Of a stretch of 64,000 nucleotides of DNA, positions 1 through 10,636 are shown in pieces. Position 1 is the first letter of the stretch; each line of letters begins with the position of its first letter. The translations under genes were made by a program, and so were the position numbers. The notes under the pieces are model-generated. The model did no database searches. It saw only the letters and a list, made by a program, of their open reading frames with translations, and was not told the origin of the DNA. This stretch comes from Saccharolobus solfataricus P2 (lineage in GTDB: Archaea > Thermoproteota > Thermoprotei_A > Sulfolobales > Sulfolobaceae): NCBI RefSeq assembly GCF_000007005.1, contig NC_002754.1; one strand, written 5' to 3'.

Positions 1-123
1 TTCCTCACCTTAAATCTTTCTTCAATTAGTTGCGTTCTTGTTAAAGCTATAAATTCTATTATTTTTCAGAATCTGATATTACCCAACCAAAATTATTTTT
101 TGTAAAATGATTTTGGGTCTACC
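1..123 (-). mobile_element. End of an ISH3-family IS (ISC1200/ISC1225-like) that runs out of the window to the left
   Basis: Terminal motif ATTTTGGGTCTACC ends at 123. The reverse complement of 1..123 resembles the left ends at 50121, 3742, 11380 and 31967. Confidence 0.7.
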
Positions 124-143
124 GTTAGGACGGGGTAGTTCAC
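124..143 (+). repeat. 3' half of an IS200/IS605-type right-end hairpin (GTTAGGACGGGGTAGTTCAC)
   Basis: Same GGRCGGG...TAGTTCAC motif as at 51219..51239, abutting the ISH3 terminal repeat. Confidence 0.55.
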
Positions 144-186
144 CGTAAGAATGTAACGATTTTCTAAAAAGTTTATTGGTGGTTTC

Positions 187-927
187 TCACTCACCATGAC
201 ACTTCACGTCCATCTCCTTTATATCTAAACTTCCATATCCTCTAGTTACTTTTCTCCCCCAGCCTATTCTCATTGAAAAAATCATAGTCTTAAGTAATAA
301 ATATAAGGAATCCTTTCCACACTCATTCAACTCTTTATTATCGAAAGCTAAATACGTCTTGAACGTAATACCCTTATTTATAGCTAAGAACTTTATAGGA
401 ATTGGTTTAACATTGTATTCGTCTTTAGCTCCATTATAATGCGGAGTTATTATATCATACGTTAAGACGTTCTTACCATCTATGGGGTATGCGTTGAAGA
501 AAATCACCTTTCCCATCTTTCCTTCATCACCGTATAAACAAGATTCTACTTTATCGTTACTGGTTACTTCTTTAAAATAATTCTTCACAATCCCCTTTAT
601 TTCGGATCCGGCAATATAAGGAGTATCTAGTATCATATCCCATGCTAGTGGAACTTCTGTTATGAAATATATTGGACTCCAACCCGTTAGCAATTTACTT
701 AGAGTTATAAAGGTAATTTTCACATAACACAATCCCGATCTATCTAAAGCTCTTTCCACATCATCGAGGTAAGATTTTATAAGATTGTATCGTGGTGTGA
801 AATTTACTAAATTCTCCATTGTATTGTCTTTCGCTAACTTCTGTCCTTTTTCTTTAAGATTAGTCATATATTCAGATATTATTCTAAGTAACTGATTACC
901 TCTTTGTCTTTCCATAATTATCGACAC
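187..927 (-). CDS. cmr6: Type III-B CRISPR RAMP protein Cmr6
   Basis: PYIAGSEIKG, GKVIFFNAYP, DIITPHY, PIPIKFLAI and C-terminal G-rich loop GWGRKVTRGYG; operon position. Confidence 0.9.
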   Translation of the reverse strand: MSIIMERQRGNQLLRIISEYMTNLKEKGQKLAKDNTMENLVNFTPRYNLIKSYLDDVERALDRSGLCYVKITFITLSKLLTGWSPIYFITEVPLAWDMILDTPYIAGSEIKGIVKNYFKEVTSNDKVESCLYGDEGKMGKVIFFNAYPIDGKNVLTYDIITPHYNGAKDEYNVKPIPIKFLAINKGITFKTYLAFDNKELNECGKDSLYLLLKTMIFSMRIGWGRKVTRGYGSLDIKEMDVKCHGE

Positions 928-2330
928 TCTTTCATTATATTATCCTTTAATGCAGTAGTATAAACTTGAATCAATTTGCTCACATTATCTGGGAAGGATA
1001 GATCCTTGTTATTTATAGCAAGCTCTTTTTCTTTGTCGAAGAGATAACTATCAGCTTTATTCATGCTAATTATTTCCTTTAACGGTACTATGTGAATTGT
1101 TCTACCATCATGTATGCCTATGTGTACTAAGTTATCGAGGGCTTCTTCGTTATCCTTAAGAGACAAGAACGGCAATATGGAAATGGTGTAACTGTTATTA
1201 CTTGTTCTTATCGGTGAAATGATAAACATTGATTCTCTTTTAACGTCAGTAAGTTTAGAGCCTTCCAGTTTATAATATCCAGAAGGAGAGCGTAAATAAT
1301 GCACTTGTTTATTTGCCCTTTTATCATATCTTTCAATAATTTTGATGTTACCGCTTTTCTTTAAATTTTCGAAGAGATCTTCAATTTCCTTTCTAACGTT
1401 ATTCTCTCCCACCTTTTCCTTTATTTCGACATCGCGTATATCTGTTAGCGTAGTGGATACCGTTATACTTGCGTTCCTCGGCAATCCGTAAATCCATGTG
1501 TGTATGTGAGGTGCAGGATCTCTGATATTAGATTTAAAGGAACTCTTTAGGACAGATTTATGTATGACGTTAAGTACATCGATGATATCGTTTTTATTAC
1601 AAGCCTCTATAATTTGAATTCTGTCTGGGCCGTTGCTTTCAGTTAAAGGAGCCAGAGGAACGTGAGATTCCTCCCAACCATTTATCCTATTACAACCTTT
1701 TTCTATTTCGCGGAACTTCTCATAAAACTTATTGAATGCATCTATTATTTTACCTTCTATAACTGAACTACATATATCCTTAGCTACAGTATCATTACAT
1801 TCAGCCGGAATAAATCTACCGAAACCCCTATTGGGGCTAAATCCTATACCCAAAAAGGCTATGGTGATTAAAACTCCTCCGACTACTATTTCGTCATATT
1901 TAGGATCGTCATTACTTCTGAAGATTTCTAGCGTGAAATTCATATCTCTTGGAATTAAATTTTCCTGCTCTTTGCCTCTAATTATAACGTTTACTCTGTT
2001 TAACTTTTCATATTTCTTGTTAGGTATTGATCTAGAGTCACTTACTTTGAAAATATAGAGCGATTTTCGATTTCCAGAGCCTAAATATTCAAAAACGTAA
2101 CTATCGGCTTCATCATAACTATTCAAATTCTTGACGCAAAACCTATTGTATACAGTTCTCAAGAACCACCTGAGCTTACCTACAATTCCGTCCTCATCTA
2201 CGTGATCTGACGTATAACCCCTATGATCCCTTCCCCACCAAGGGGTTACTCCAACGAAATTAATTCTAGCAACTCTTTTACTCCTAATTAACTCTTCTAC
2301 TTCTTGTTTTAACTCATCTAGATTAACCAT
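918..2330 (-). CDS. cmr1: Type III-B CRISPR RAMP protein Cmr1
   Basis: N-terminal TPWWG...GIVGKLRWFLRTV and G-rich loop LGIGFSPNRGFG; lies between cmr5 and cmr6. Confidence 0.85.
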   Translation of the reverse strand: MVNLDELKQEVEELIRSKRVARINFVGVTPWWGRDHRGYTSDHVDEDGIVGKLRWFLRTVYNRFCVKNLNSYDEADSYVFEYLGSGNRKSLYIFKVSDSRSIPNKKYEKLNRVNVIIRGKEQENLIPRDMNFTLEIFRSNDDPKYDEIVVGGVLITIAFLGIGFSPNRGFGRFIPAECNDTVAKDICSSVIEGKIIDAFNKFYEKFREIEKGCNRINGWEESHVPLAPLTESNGPDRIQIIEACNKNDIIDVLNVIHKSVLKSSFKSNIRDPAPHIHTWIYGLPRNASITVSTTLTDIRDVEIKEKVGENNVRKEIEDLFENLKKSGNIKIIERYDKRANKQVHYLRSPSGYYKLEGSKLTDVKRESMFIISPIRTSNNSYTISILPFLSLKDNEEALDNLVHIGIHDGRTIHIVPLKEIISMNKADSYLFDKEKELAINNKDLSFPDNVSKLIQVYTTALKDNIMKECR

Positions 2331-2796
2331 ATGGTAACGCCTCCAATACCTTTTTTATCTCATTTAAGTATGGAAGAATTAGCCTTTCTTCTTTAGACCC
2401 AACGCTAGAGGCTACGTCTAGTAATGAATAATATATATCCTTAGGGTCATCTCCTATCCTTATCCGTTTACCTATATTATTTAATACCAAGAGTATAATT
2501 GCTACGTAGCCAGCATAACCCGAACCTTCTCTTTTATCCAACTCCTTGCAAATTGAGGCAGGATTTCCTTTACCGCCTGATAGATAATTGTAAATGTCCT
2601 TAAAACGATTGTAATCCTCTATTTTTGAAATGTAGAATGTAAATGCAGGAGAAAACCCTATACCTAACATTAGTGATGGAAAATCTGCGGATCTCCTAAG
2701 CAATCCGGGTTTAGAAGGCCCGGATTGTATTTTACATTGGGCTGAAACTATTCTCTTACCTATCTCTGTAGCGAATTTAACGTATTCTGATTCCAA
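2323..2796 (-). CDS. cmr5: Type III-B small subunit Cmr5
   Basis: 157 aa helical protein with RSADFPSLMLGIGFSPAFTFYISK; TTG start with GGGTGAG RBS; between cmr4 and cmr1. Confidence 0.8.
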   Translation of the reverse strand: MESEYVKFATEIGKRIVSAQCKIQSGPSKPGLLRRSADFPSLMLGIGFSPAFTFYISKIEDYNRFKDIYNYLSGGKGNPASICKELDKREGSGYAGYVAIILLVLNNIGKRIRIGDDPKDIYYSLLDVASSVGSKEERLILPYLNEIKKVLEALPYG

Positions 2797-2798
2797 AC

Positions 2799-3608
2799 CT
2801 AACTCACCCTTTTTAATTTAATCTTAGTTAATCCCTTACCTATGCTCTCCTTACCACCTATAAATACTGAAACATTATCAATCAATTTTAAGAATTCATT
2901 GTCTATATTAACATTATTTCTATTTAATTCCTCACAATAACTATTACTTATTTCTCTTTCGAATATCCCGCTAAGCAATATCGTACCTTGAGGTATATAT
3001 TCCTCAGACCATATGTTTTTCGAAGTCTTCGTATTATCATCTAATTCAGTTCTAGTAACTCTTGTTAAAGCGGATTCGACGGCCGATAATCCTATACTAT
3101 TATCTAAAACGTAGACTCTATTTTTATCTTTGATTAAATTACCTAAAGATCTCACCTCATCACTTAACTGAAGAGATAATTCAGTACTGATTTTGCCCAG
3201 AAATATCCTTACCTCGCTCTTCTCCTTACTTTCTTTGTATAAACTGCCTATACCCAGTCTACTCATCAAATCTTCGATATGATTTATTAAATATCTGGTG
3301 GTAATATAAATGTATCCTTCATCAATACTTGAAACGGGATAAAATACTGGAATGAGGTCAGTGAGTACGTATTTACTCGTTAAAATATTTTCCTCCTCTG
3401 GCTTTCCGCCGAAAACGCATTTTGCTAAACTTTCATTTTTCGCTATTAAGAACGACTTTAATGAGCCTTTAAGACTTGAGCCGTAAACTATGGGATAACC
3501 GATAGAGTCTCTTACAAGGGGCGAATCAACTACCCCAGTAGAGGATTTCCCTGCACCTACGTGTATGGGTGTTATTGCATACGCCAATACTAGATATTTA
3601 GGAACCAC
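2799..3608 (-). CDS. cmr4: Type III-B CRISPR RAMP protein Cmr4 (RNA-cleaving backbone)
   Basis: TPIHVGAG...VDSPLVRD (catalytic Asp region), GSSLKGSLK, WSEEYIPQGT, IGGKESIGKG. Confidence 0.93.
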   Translation of the reverse strand: MVPKYLVLAYAITPIHVGAGKSSTGVVDSPLVRDSIGYPIVYGSSLKGSLKSFLIAKNESLAKCVFGGKPEEENILTSKYVLTDLIPVFYPVSSIDEGYIYITTRYLINHIEDLMSRLGIGSLYKESKEKSEVRIFLGKISTELSLQLSDEVRSLGNLIKDKNRVYVLDNSIGLSAVESALTRVTRTELDDNTKTSKNIWSEEYIPQGTILLSGIFEREISNSYCEELNRNNVNIDNEFLKLIDNVSVFIGGKESIGKGLTKIKLKRVS

Positions 3609-3741
3609 ATTTTATCTAATCTGAAGATAGCTTATAAATATATAGTTTCAATAGCTGATTGTACTTTCATGTAGTGTGAAGGACAAGAATATCTCTAAAG
3701 CCTCAACTCTCACCAATAGTTTAGGAAACCTCGCCCTTTAC

Positions 3742-3961
3742 GGTACTCCTAAAATCATCTTACAAAAATAATTCTGATTGAGCAATATAGAATTTGTTGA
3801 ACACAACCAAGTTTATAACAATATTAAGAATTCAACAAATTGAAAAAAGGTTTAAAGCGAGGGAATCGGTATTACCATAAGGGCTCACGATATGCCAATT
3901 CCCTCATTAAACATTCAACAAATAGGGTATAAATTACTTTCCATGATTATAGCCTTTTTCC
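3742..3961 (+). mobile_element. Left-end fragment of an ISH3-family IS with the first codons of the transposase
   Basis: Starts GGTACTCCTAAAATC, aligns with the rc of 31790..31967, and encodes MPIPSLNIQQIGYKLLSM before being cut by an IS630 end. Confidence 0.7.
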
Positions 3962-4372
3962 TAATAGATGCGAAGTAGAAATTAATATTTCTCAATACAA
4001 AATATAGAAGAACACTCGAATAAGTCTGAATAGTTAATGAACTAAACTTGATAGAACTTGAGAATAAATAATAAAGGAGAATCGATAAAAACTTTTTCAT
4101 ACTAACCTCTTCCTCCAGTTTCTCGAGCACGTCGCGAAACTTATCAACCCAATAGCTCGTATAATCATGCGTCAAAAGTGAATAATAGAACTCCTTCTCC
4201 ATTGAATCAAGGAGAATAGCTAGGAAAAGATTGAAAATCCCCTACATATAACAAGAAGAGGCCCTTTAACGCAGATAACATCTTGAGGGATAGACTAAAG
4301 GGTGTTATTAAGAAGGGTGTTAAGGTGTTTTTCACGGATGAGTCCGGTATTCATCACAATCCTTCTAGGAGG
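3962..4372. mobile_element. Scrambled remnant of the IS630-family element found at 39274..40423
   Basis: About 3962..4210 is the reverse complement of that element's right end (TAATAGATGCGAAG terminus). About 4220..4372 is a forward copy of about 39685..39830. Confidence 0.75.
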
Positions 4373-4466
4373 CCCCGTATATCACCCCTCTCCCCTTAAT
4401 TATTAATAGTCTGAAGACTAAGTTTTTAGCCAGATTGCTAACACTTTGAATAGACTACGAGGTAAA

Positions 4467-4937
4467 CTATTTCCCTATTATATTTATTACATTATCCAAC
4501 ATTTCCTTAACTTTTCTTAAATGTTCACTAATGTCTGCAGTTGAAAGCTTAGCCTCATGAAATCCCCATACGTGAAGAATATAGGCAGAATTCCAACCGT
4601 TTAAAACCCAATCTCCTAAATCTTTAGCTAGTCTATTAACTGCTGAAGCTAACCAATAAGTATACCACCTTCCCTCTTTCAATGCTTGTTGATATTCTGG
4701 AATATTGAACTTCTCTGCTAGTGCTTTAACGATCTCTTCAGCAGTTTTATAAGCCTTTTCCGAGGCTTGTACCGCATCACCTTTCTTCAAATAGTCTTCT
4801 GTTTCTGTAATGTATTTCTTTGCTAGCTCTATTCTTAAGTTAATTGCCTCCTTAGGATCTTTCCTTGAAATAGCGTCAATTATTAAGTCGTTAATATCAA
4901 TGTCGTACTCTTTAGCCTTTTTAATTAGTTCCTCCAT
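4467..4937 (-). CDS. PaREP1-family (HEPN-like) protein
   Basis: LKKGDAVQASEKAYKTAEEIVKALA, GRWYTYWL and AYILHVWGFHE are typical PaREP1 motifs. Confidence 0.85.
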   Translation of the reverse strand: MEELIKKAKEYDIDINDLIIDAISRKDPKEAINLRIELAKKYITETEDYLKKGDAVQASEKAYKTAEEIVKALAEKFNIPEYQQALKEGRWYTYWLASAVNRLAKDLGDWVLNGWNSAYILHVWGFHEAKLSTADISEHLRKVKEMLDNVINIIGK

Positions 4938-5297
4938 GCTTAGAGTATTATATCATGCAGTTTTAAGTGTTATTATAGTATACTTCAATTCTCTTTAACC
5001 AACACGGTATAGTTAGGACTTTAAAGAAAAGTTAATTAATCTGATAGATCGTGATCTTGTTATAGTCAATTTCTTAGTAAGTGTGAAGAGTAATAGCTTT
5101 TGTCTATACAAAATATAGCCAGTTAAACTCCTTAACTTACTCATTCCCAACATTCCCCCATTTAATAGCCCTTTTTACTCCTTTGCAATTATTATGAAAA
5201 TTATTATGAAAAAGATTATAAAAAATTTGTAGAAATTCAAAGACAATTTATAGTTTATGTGAATATTCTAATTACTGTGGTTGACGTTATGCTCGTA

Positions 5298-6444
5298 TAG
5301 CATTTATCGGAAAATCCTGGCAGTTCAAGAGGCCCATAAAAACTTTTTAAAATTAGAGCCTTTAATTTTAGTATGACCAAAGAATTGACGAGGGAGGAGT
5401 ACTATAAGGCATTGGAAAAGGCAGTTAACGAGGTCATACTATCCATGACTGGAACGAGGAAGGATGTTGCCAAGAGGCTCGTCCTGGGGGCGGTTGTGGG
5501 AAGAAATGCTACCGAGATAGCTCAGGAGGCCGAGATGGACTACGAGACCGTACTGAATAACTTGGACAAAGCAGCTCAAGCCAAACTAATCGAGGTCGTG
5601 AAGAAGTTAGTCGGGGATCATCCTGTCCTTCTCATAGTGGACGACACCCACGACCACAAGCTCTACGCTAGGGCCATGCCGGTCTCCAGAAACGGGGCGC
5701 AGATCTTCTACTGTAGGGCGCACAAGAGGTTCGAGTCCGCGATCCAACTCCTTGTGATTGGCGTCAAGGATCTGGTGAACAACCAGATCTACGTGATCCA
5801 CATAATTGCCTACATACCCCGAAAGGTGGAGGAGGAGCTCAAGCGTAGGGGTGAGGAGGTGAAGTTCAAGACCAAGATAGATGCCCTCTTGGAGTTTCTG
5901 TCCTCCCTCTCAGGTTTGAATGTGAAATCCAAGGTCTTCGACTCGTGGTACGTGAACTCGAGGACTCTCCAAGGGAATACTGTGGGGGAACTCAAGGCCA
6001 ACGCGCGGGTCGTCGAGGGTGGCAGATCCGTGCCCGTTGGCGAGTTCCCCCAAGGGGAGTACTTAGTAGAATACTTGGGTACTCCCATAAAGTTACTTGT
6101 TATAGATGATTATAAGGGTTACGGGAGGAGGTATTTCTTCTCCACCGACCTTAACGACACGGCTGAAGATATTATAACAACTTGGGAGAACCGTTGGGAC
6201 ATCGAGGTCTTGATTAGAGAGCTCAAGGCCTTGGGACTCGAGGGTGGGTCCTTCCTTACCTGGGTTAGGAACTCAGGTTTCGTGGCCTTGAAGGCTCTCT
6301 CCCTCCTCGTTGTCCAATACTTCAAGTACTCCACGGGTCTGAGGCTCGGGGCCAAAAGGTTGGCCAGGCTGATAAAAAGTATTTATCACGAGGTGGGTGG
6401 AATCAAAAAACTGTTCAAGAGGAGGAGAAAACCGTAAAGTGCTA
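5298..6444 (+). mobile_element. Intact ISC1217-type insertion sequence (1147 bp)
   Basis: 13-bp imperfect TIR TAGCATTTATCGG / CCGTAAAGTGCTA; 6-bp target duplication CTCGTA at 5292..5297 and 6445..6450; GC-richer than flanks. Confidence 0.9.
5373..6437 (+). CDS. ISC1217-type DDE transposase
   Basis: 354 aa; LIVDDT, VFDSWY, TWENRWDIEVLIRELK. Confidence 0.9.
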   Translation: MTKELTREEYYKALEKAVNEVILSMTGTRKDVAKRLVLGAVVGRNATEIAQEAEMDYETVLNNLDKAAQAKLIEVVKKLVGDHPVLLIVDDTHDHKLYARAMPVSRNGAQIFYCRAHKRFESAIQLLVIGVKDLVNNQIYVIHIIAYIPRKVEEELKRRGEEVKFKTKIDALLEFLSSLSGLNVKSKVFDSWYVNSRTLQGNTVGELKANARVVEGGRSVPVGEFPQGEYLVEYLGTPIKLLVIDDYKGYGRRYFFSTDLNDTAEDIITTWENRWDIEVLIRELKALGLEGGSFLTWVRNSGFVALKALSLLVVQYFKYSTGLRLGAKRLARLIKSIYHEVGGIKKLFKRRRKP

Positions 6445-6621
6445 CTCGTAGCCTACAAGTTTTCAAAAACTTTTTATGTAAACCCTCTACGGATTAATTA
6501 TGAGTGTATTTAGAAATTGCGAATTCTCATTTCTCTCCATCTCATTTATAATTTCATTTTCATTACAATTAATGGGTGCTTATTTAATTTTATGGTTTTA
6601 TAGTATAGGATTGACTTTCAC

Positions 6622-7668
6622 TAGTATTTCCTGAAAGTTCTTAGACTTCAATTTTATCTAATCCTAGGTATGTTATTGCATTAAGATTAAATCTATACTT
6701 ATTTTCTTCAAAGAACTGTTTAATACAGTTTTTAACGTCTTCTATCGTATAGAATATTTTATTGCTCATGTAGTTCTTGAGGGACTTGAAGACCGCCTCA
6801 GCCATATTAAGCTCAGGCGAGTAAGGAGGAGTAAACACGGGATGAATACCCTTCCTGCGACAAACCTCAAGCGTACCCTTAGTCTTGTGAGGAGAGTAAT
6901 TATCCATGACCATGTAAACCCTAACCCACACGCCTCTTAAAGTACCTCAAGAAATACTTAACGGATTCAGAGTTAGGCCTTTTAGCAAGAGAAACCACTA
7001 CTTCGCCGGTCCAAGCGTTTATAGCTAGAATAACATAGATTGAGGAAAAACCTATATTGACGCGCATTACGGGCTTACTGCCAACCTTAGCTAGAACCTT
7101 CTTAATTGACGTGCTAATTACTGTCCTACACTCGTCTAGAAAGAACAGTGCCTTTCTTTCCAATTTCTTTATTTTTTTTTTTAAAATCTTCCCACTTGTC
7201 CTTTTCTGCTTGGATGTTGGTAGGTCTGGGTTTTACTAGGTTGTATCCTAGTTCGTGGACTAGTTCGTATAGTCTGGATTTCTTGTATTCTATTCCTTAT
7301 TCTTGTAGTGCTATCTTGAGTGTTTTCATTGTCCAATATTCTTGTTGTATTCCGTATTTTTGGGGCTTATCTTCCAGAATTTGTTTTATCTTTTCCTCTT
7401 CTACTTTTCTGGGTCTTCCTGATCTGGGCTTGTCCTTTAGTCCATCAAGACCTTCTTTCTTGTACTTGCCAATCCACAATTTTATCGTGGAATAGCCCTT
7501 GTTAAGCATTTTCGAAACTTCTTTCTCCGATTTACCATCAACTACGTGCAGCTTCACCGCAAGAATCCTCTCCTTAATTCTCGCGTTCTTCTCTTCCTTA
7601 TAAGCTTGAACCAAATCTTGCATAGTTCAATCTGGTAATACTAATCTATAAACTTTTCGGAAACACTA
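6622..7668 (-). mobile_element. ISC1048-type IS630-family element, transposase disrupted
   Basis: TIRs TAGTATTTCCTGAAAGTT / AACTTTTCGGAAACACTA; 1047 bp; HTH part 7297..7623 ends at an in-frame stop; DDE parts 6921..7163 (FLDE) and 6641..6931 (MDNYSPH, PPYSPELNMAE) are in different frames. Confidence 0.85.
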
Positions 7669-7860
7669 CCGTATACTGCTCTCCAAATCTCTCTGCTAAT
7701 ATTTTCCCTTAACTTTATTTATCTCTTTTTCTATCGCATAAATTCTCTTTCTTCTCCTTAGGTTTATAACGAAAAGCATATAACGCCTCGATAATAATTA
7801 AGACGGCGTAAAATTAAATTTTAACTAGATGGGTCCTTTCACACTCTTAACCTCATCAAG

Positions 7861-8685
7861 TTAAATCAGTTTTAAGAATCTTAAGGTAATTCTGAAAACA
7901 GCATTAACTGCAATTTCCCTTCTTGCCTTAATCAATTCCTCTTGCTTATGCAGTTCTATTAAAGGCATATCTGAAATTCGTAATACTGCAACAGCTCTTT
8001 TACCGTAAAATCTAGACATCTTATAAAAAGCACTGACTTCCATATCTATCGTAGAAACGCCGATATTTAATAAGTAGTTTAGGAACTCAGTAGTTTCGGA
8101 ATAAGGGAAAAGTAGTGTTGCATGTAAGGTTGAGTGGGTTTTAACTCCAGTTTCCTCAGCGTACTCATAAACTTCGTTCAGCAACTTTTCATCAGCTTGT
8201 GGAATTGCTATGGTAGGATCAGCGTAAAAATCACTTACGTTTTCGAATGGGATGGCGTATTTTGGTATATTTAGATCTCCTATTAATATTTCATTAGATA
8301 ACGATCCTGCAGTACCAATAAATAATATATCTTTAATGCGCGAAACTGTAGCTAAAATCCTTATCCTCTCAGTGAAATCTATCAGACCTCTGCCTATGAA
8401 CGCAATAAATCCTCTATTACCGTCTTTTTCAAGCAATAAATTTCCTCCGAATTGTCTAAGTATTTGGTCTTCCACTTTTAACCTATTTACTTTAATTCCT
8501 AAGTTAGTTAAAGTATCTTCAAAGTTTTTAGGAAATTGAGTATTAAATGGCATAGGTGTTACAACTACCCTTTCCGGGATTTCGTCTTCTTCTATCCCAA
8601 GTTCTTCCTTTGTAATTCTTTTTCTTACCTCTTGATTTCTAATGAAATCACCATATACCATGGAACCATTTTCTAAAAATGGCAC
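7861..8685 (-). CDS. Purine/uridine nucleoside phosphorylase family protein
   Basis: FIGTAGSL, IDMEVSAFY and AVAVLRISD motifs of the PNP/UDP family. Confidence 0.8.
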   Translation of the reverse strand: MPFLENGSMVYGDFIRNQEVRKRITKEELGIEEDEIPERVVVTPMPFNTQFPKNFEDTLTNLGIKVNRLKVEDQILRQFGGNLLLEKDGNRGFIAFIGRGLIDFTERIRILATVSRIKDILFIGTAGSLSNEILIGDLNIPKYAIPFENVSDFYADPTIAIPQADEKLLNEVYEYAEETGVKTHSTLHATLLFPYSETTEFLNYLLNIGVSTIDMEVSAFYKMSRFYGKRAVAVLRISDMPLIELHKQEELIKARREIAVNAVFRITLRFLKLI

Positions 8686-9210
8686 ATATAAATATTTTCT
8701 TTCAATATACTTTGTTTAATCCTTCAATTTTCTTAGATAGACATTAAACTAGTTAAATTTTCTTAAATTTAAAATTAACAGTAAACATTTGACTTTTCAT
8801 TATAAATTCATTATATTTCAAAAATTATGACGAATTCAATTAAATGAAGATGGTTCATAAAGGGAATACATGCTTAATCGTGTTAACACTTTTTATTCAC
8901 AAATTACAACTATCAGTGTATTCCTGAATCCCCTTGCTAACGGATAAATCTTGTGGTGAATCGAAACTAGATTTATACCATTTATGATTTATACTGAATT
9001 AACAAAATTGTTACCTATATGCTGATACGATTCATTAAAGATATCTAATTTGGACATGTTTATATTCGATATTTATTAAAGAAGGATAGATTTTCACGTA
9101 ACTACTTATAAAGAATTATAGAGTATAGGAATTCTTCGCCAAATGCTACATATGAAGCTTCCCTCAATTTTTTATAAAAAACTATTTTCCCTCTATTTCC
9201 AACTATACTT

Positions 9211-9658
9211 GTGAGTGGAAATAGGGTTAGATTACTTAAAAAGAGAGCGTTACGCTTTTTAGATGAAGCAAAAAGAGATCTTAACGAAGGGTATTATGAT
9301 ATAGGTGCCTTTCATGTGGAGCAAGCATTACAATTATATGTTAAAGCTTGTGATCTTTGAACTTTTCGGAAAGGAGTATGAAGGACATGGAATAAGAGAA
9401 TTGATAAGCTATTTATCAAAGCTACTTAAGGAAAGCGAATATGAAGATTTAGCCAAAAAGATTAACGAATTAATTGGAGAATATAGGCAACAGTTGATAG
9501 CTATTGAGGATGCTTATATAGATTCTGGGTATGAGAATATCGAATATGAAAGTGAGGATTTAAAACACTTAATTGAAGTCACAGAAATTATAGTAAAATT
9601 CTTGGAGAAGGTGATAAAGATTGTCAAGCTGGGTTTAAGTTCAGATTTTCGCATTTAA
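9211..9658 (+). pseudogene. HEPN-domain protein (frameshifted), followed by a stub of its nucleotidyltransferase partner
   Basis: GTG at 9211 gives MSGNRVRLLKKRALRFLDEAKRDLNEGYYDIGAFHVEQALQLYVKA, then a one-base frameshift into VIFELFGKEYEGHGIREL. An overlapping TTG-TCA-AGC-TGG start resembles an MNT N-terminus and is cut near 9660. Confidence 0.7.
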
Positions 9659-9660
9659 GG

Positions 9661-10578
9661 GGTAGATTCTCTAGAGTGTATAAACCCACAGTGTGGTTAA
9701 CACCAAAGCTAAGTTACTCAATAAACTTTGAAAGAATGACTGTTAGGATTGCAAATGTTGGTGAACTACCAATCCTAGGTTATCCAAGTAACCTCTCCTT
9801 CTACAAGGACTGGAAGATGAAGGAGGCTAGACTTGTAATTAAAGATGGTAAAGCATTCCTTAAGGTTGTTTTCGAGAAGAAGCCGGTAAGGGTTGAAGCT
9901 AAGGGTAGTGTTGTTGTTGATATTAATATTGGCGAGATAGTTGTAGGGAAAGATGATACTCATTACGTTAGGATACCAACCCGCTTATCTGAGGTTCATC
10001 ACTTGAAGTCTTTAGCTGAGGGTTTGCAGAGAAAGTATCCAAGAAGGTGGAGGGAGAATAAACACATTAGAGCAAGGATTTCTCATTTTCACGCTAAGGT
10101 TAAGCGTATTATGGAGGATTTTGCCAAGAAGGTTGGCAAGTGGGTTGTTGAGATTGCTGAGGATTTTAATGCTAATGTTACCAAACTGGAAAGGTTGACT
10201 AACTTGATTAAGCGTTAGTGCTTTCAGAAAGTTTATAGCTTTAGACAAAGGATATACCACTAGATCATAGTCTAAGAACTTTTCCAAAATACTAGTGTGA
10301 AAGATCTGCCTTCAGAGTTTAGGGATAAGTTATATTTGATGCAGTATCGTAGGGTTCGGTATTGGGTTGAGTGGCAAGCTAAGAAACACGACTTGTTGGT
10401 TCAATACGTTAATCCAGGTTATTCTTCCGTCTCATGTCCTAAGTGTGGGAAAAGGATGGTTGAGGTTTCTCATCGTTGGTTTAAATGCGGTTGTGGTTAT
10501 GAGAATGATCGTGACGTTATTGCAATTACGAATTTGAATGGGAGGGGGTCTCTGATCCTCTCGACTGCCCTCAAATGA
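9661..10578 (+). pseudogene. tnpB: TnpB (IS200/IS605 OrfB) RNA-guided nuclease, N-terminally truncated and MITE-interrupted
   Basis: RuvC-like VDINIGE, LERLTNL and ENDRDVIA; Zn-finger CPKC...CGCG; split by SM1 at 10216..10294. Confidence 0.85.
10216..10294 (+). mobile_element. SM1-type MITE (79 bp)
   Basis: TAGTGCTTTCAGAAAGTT...AACTTTTCCAAAATACTA; ends resemble the ISC1048 ends; flanked by a GT duplication. Confidence 0.9.
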
Positions 10579-10636
10579 GAGATGTAAGAGCGAATCGATG
10601 AGGGAAACATCCGCCATTTATGGTGAAGGAAGTCAG
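10540..10636 (+). ncRNA. IS605 right end / putative TnpB omega(re)RNA scaffold
   Basis: Overlaps the tnpB 3' end (GCCCTCAAATGAGAGATG...CGATGAGGG) and ends in GGAAGTCAG, like other Sulfolobales tnpB right ends. Expression not shown. Confidence 0.55.

Noticed and set aside
96-197. 34-codon ORF MVSEKPPINFLENRYILTVNYPVLTVDPKSFYKK as a real small protein
   Set aside because: After about nine codons it runs through repeat and IS-end sequence; at most a stub of a truncated gene.
1732-2058. Antisense ORFs inside well-supported genes (also 4810, 5607-6355, 8252, 10715, 12227, 15539, 22718, 23454, 29608, 30258, 36324, 40933, 53786, 57569, 58385, 60707 and similar)
   Set aside because: Shadow frames without motifs or initiation signals.
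3915-4202. 95-aa ORF, and the similar chimeric ORF at 40132..40605
   Set aside because: Both derive from the C-terminal tail of the IS630 transposase reading through into flanking DNA.
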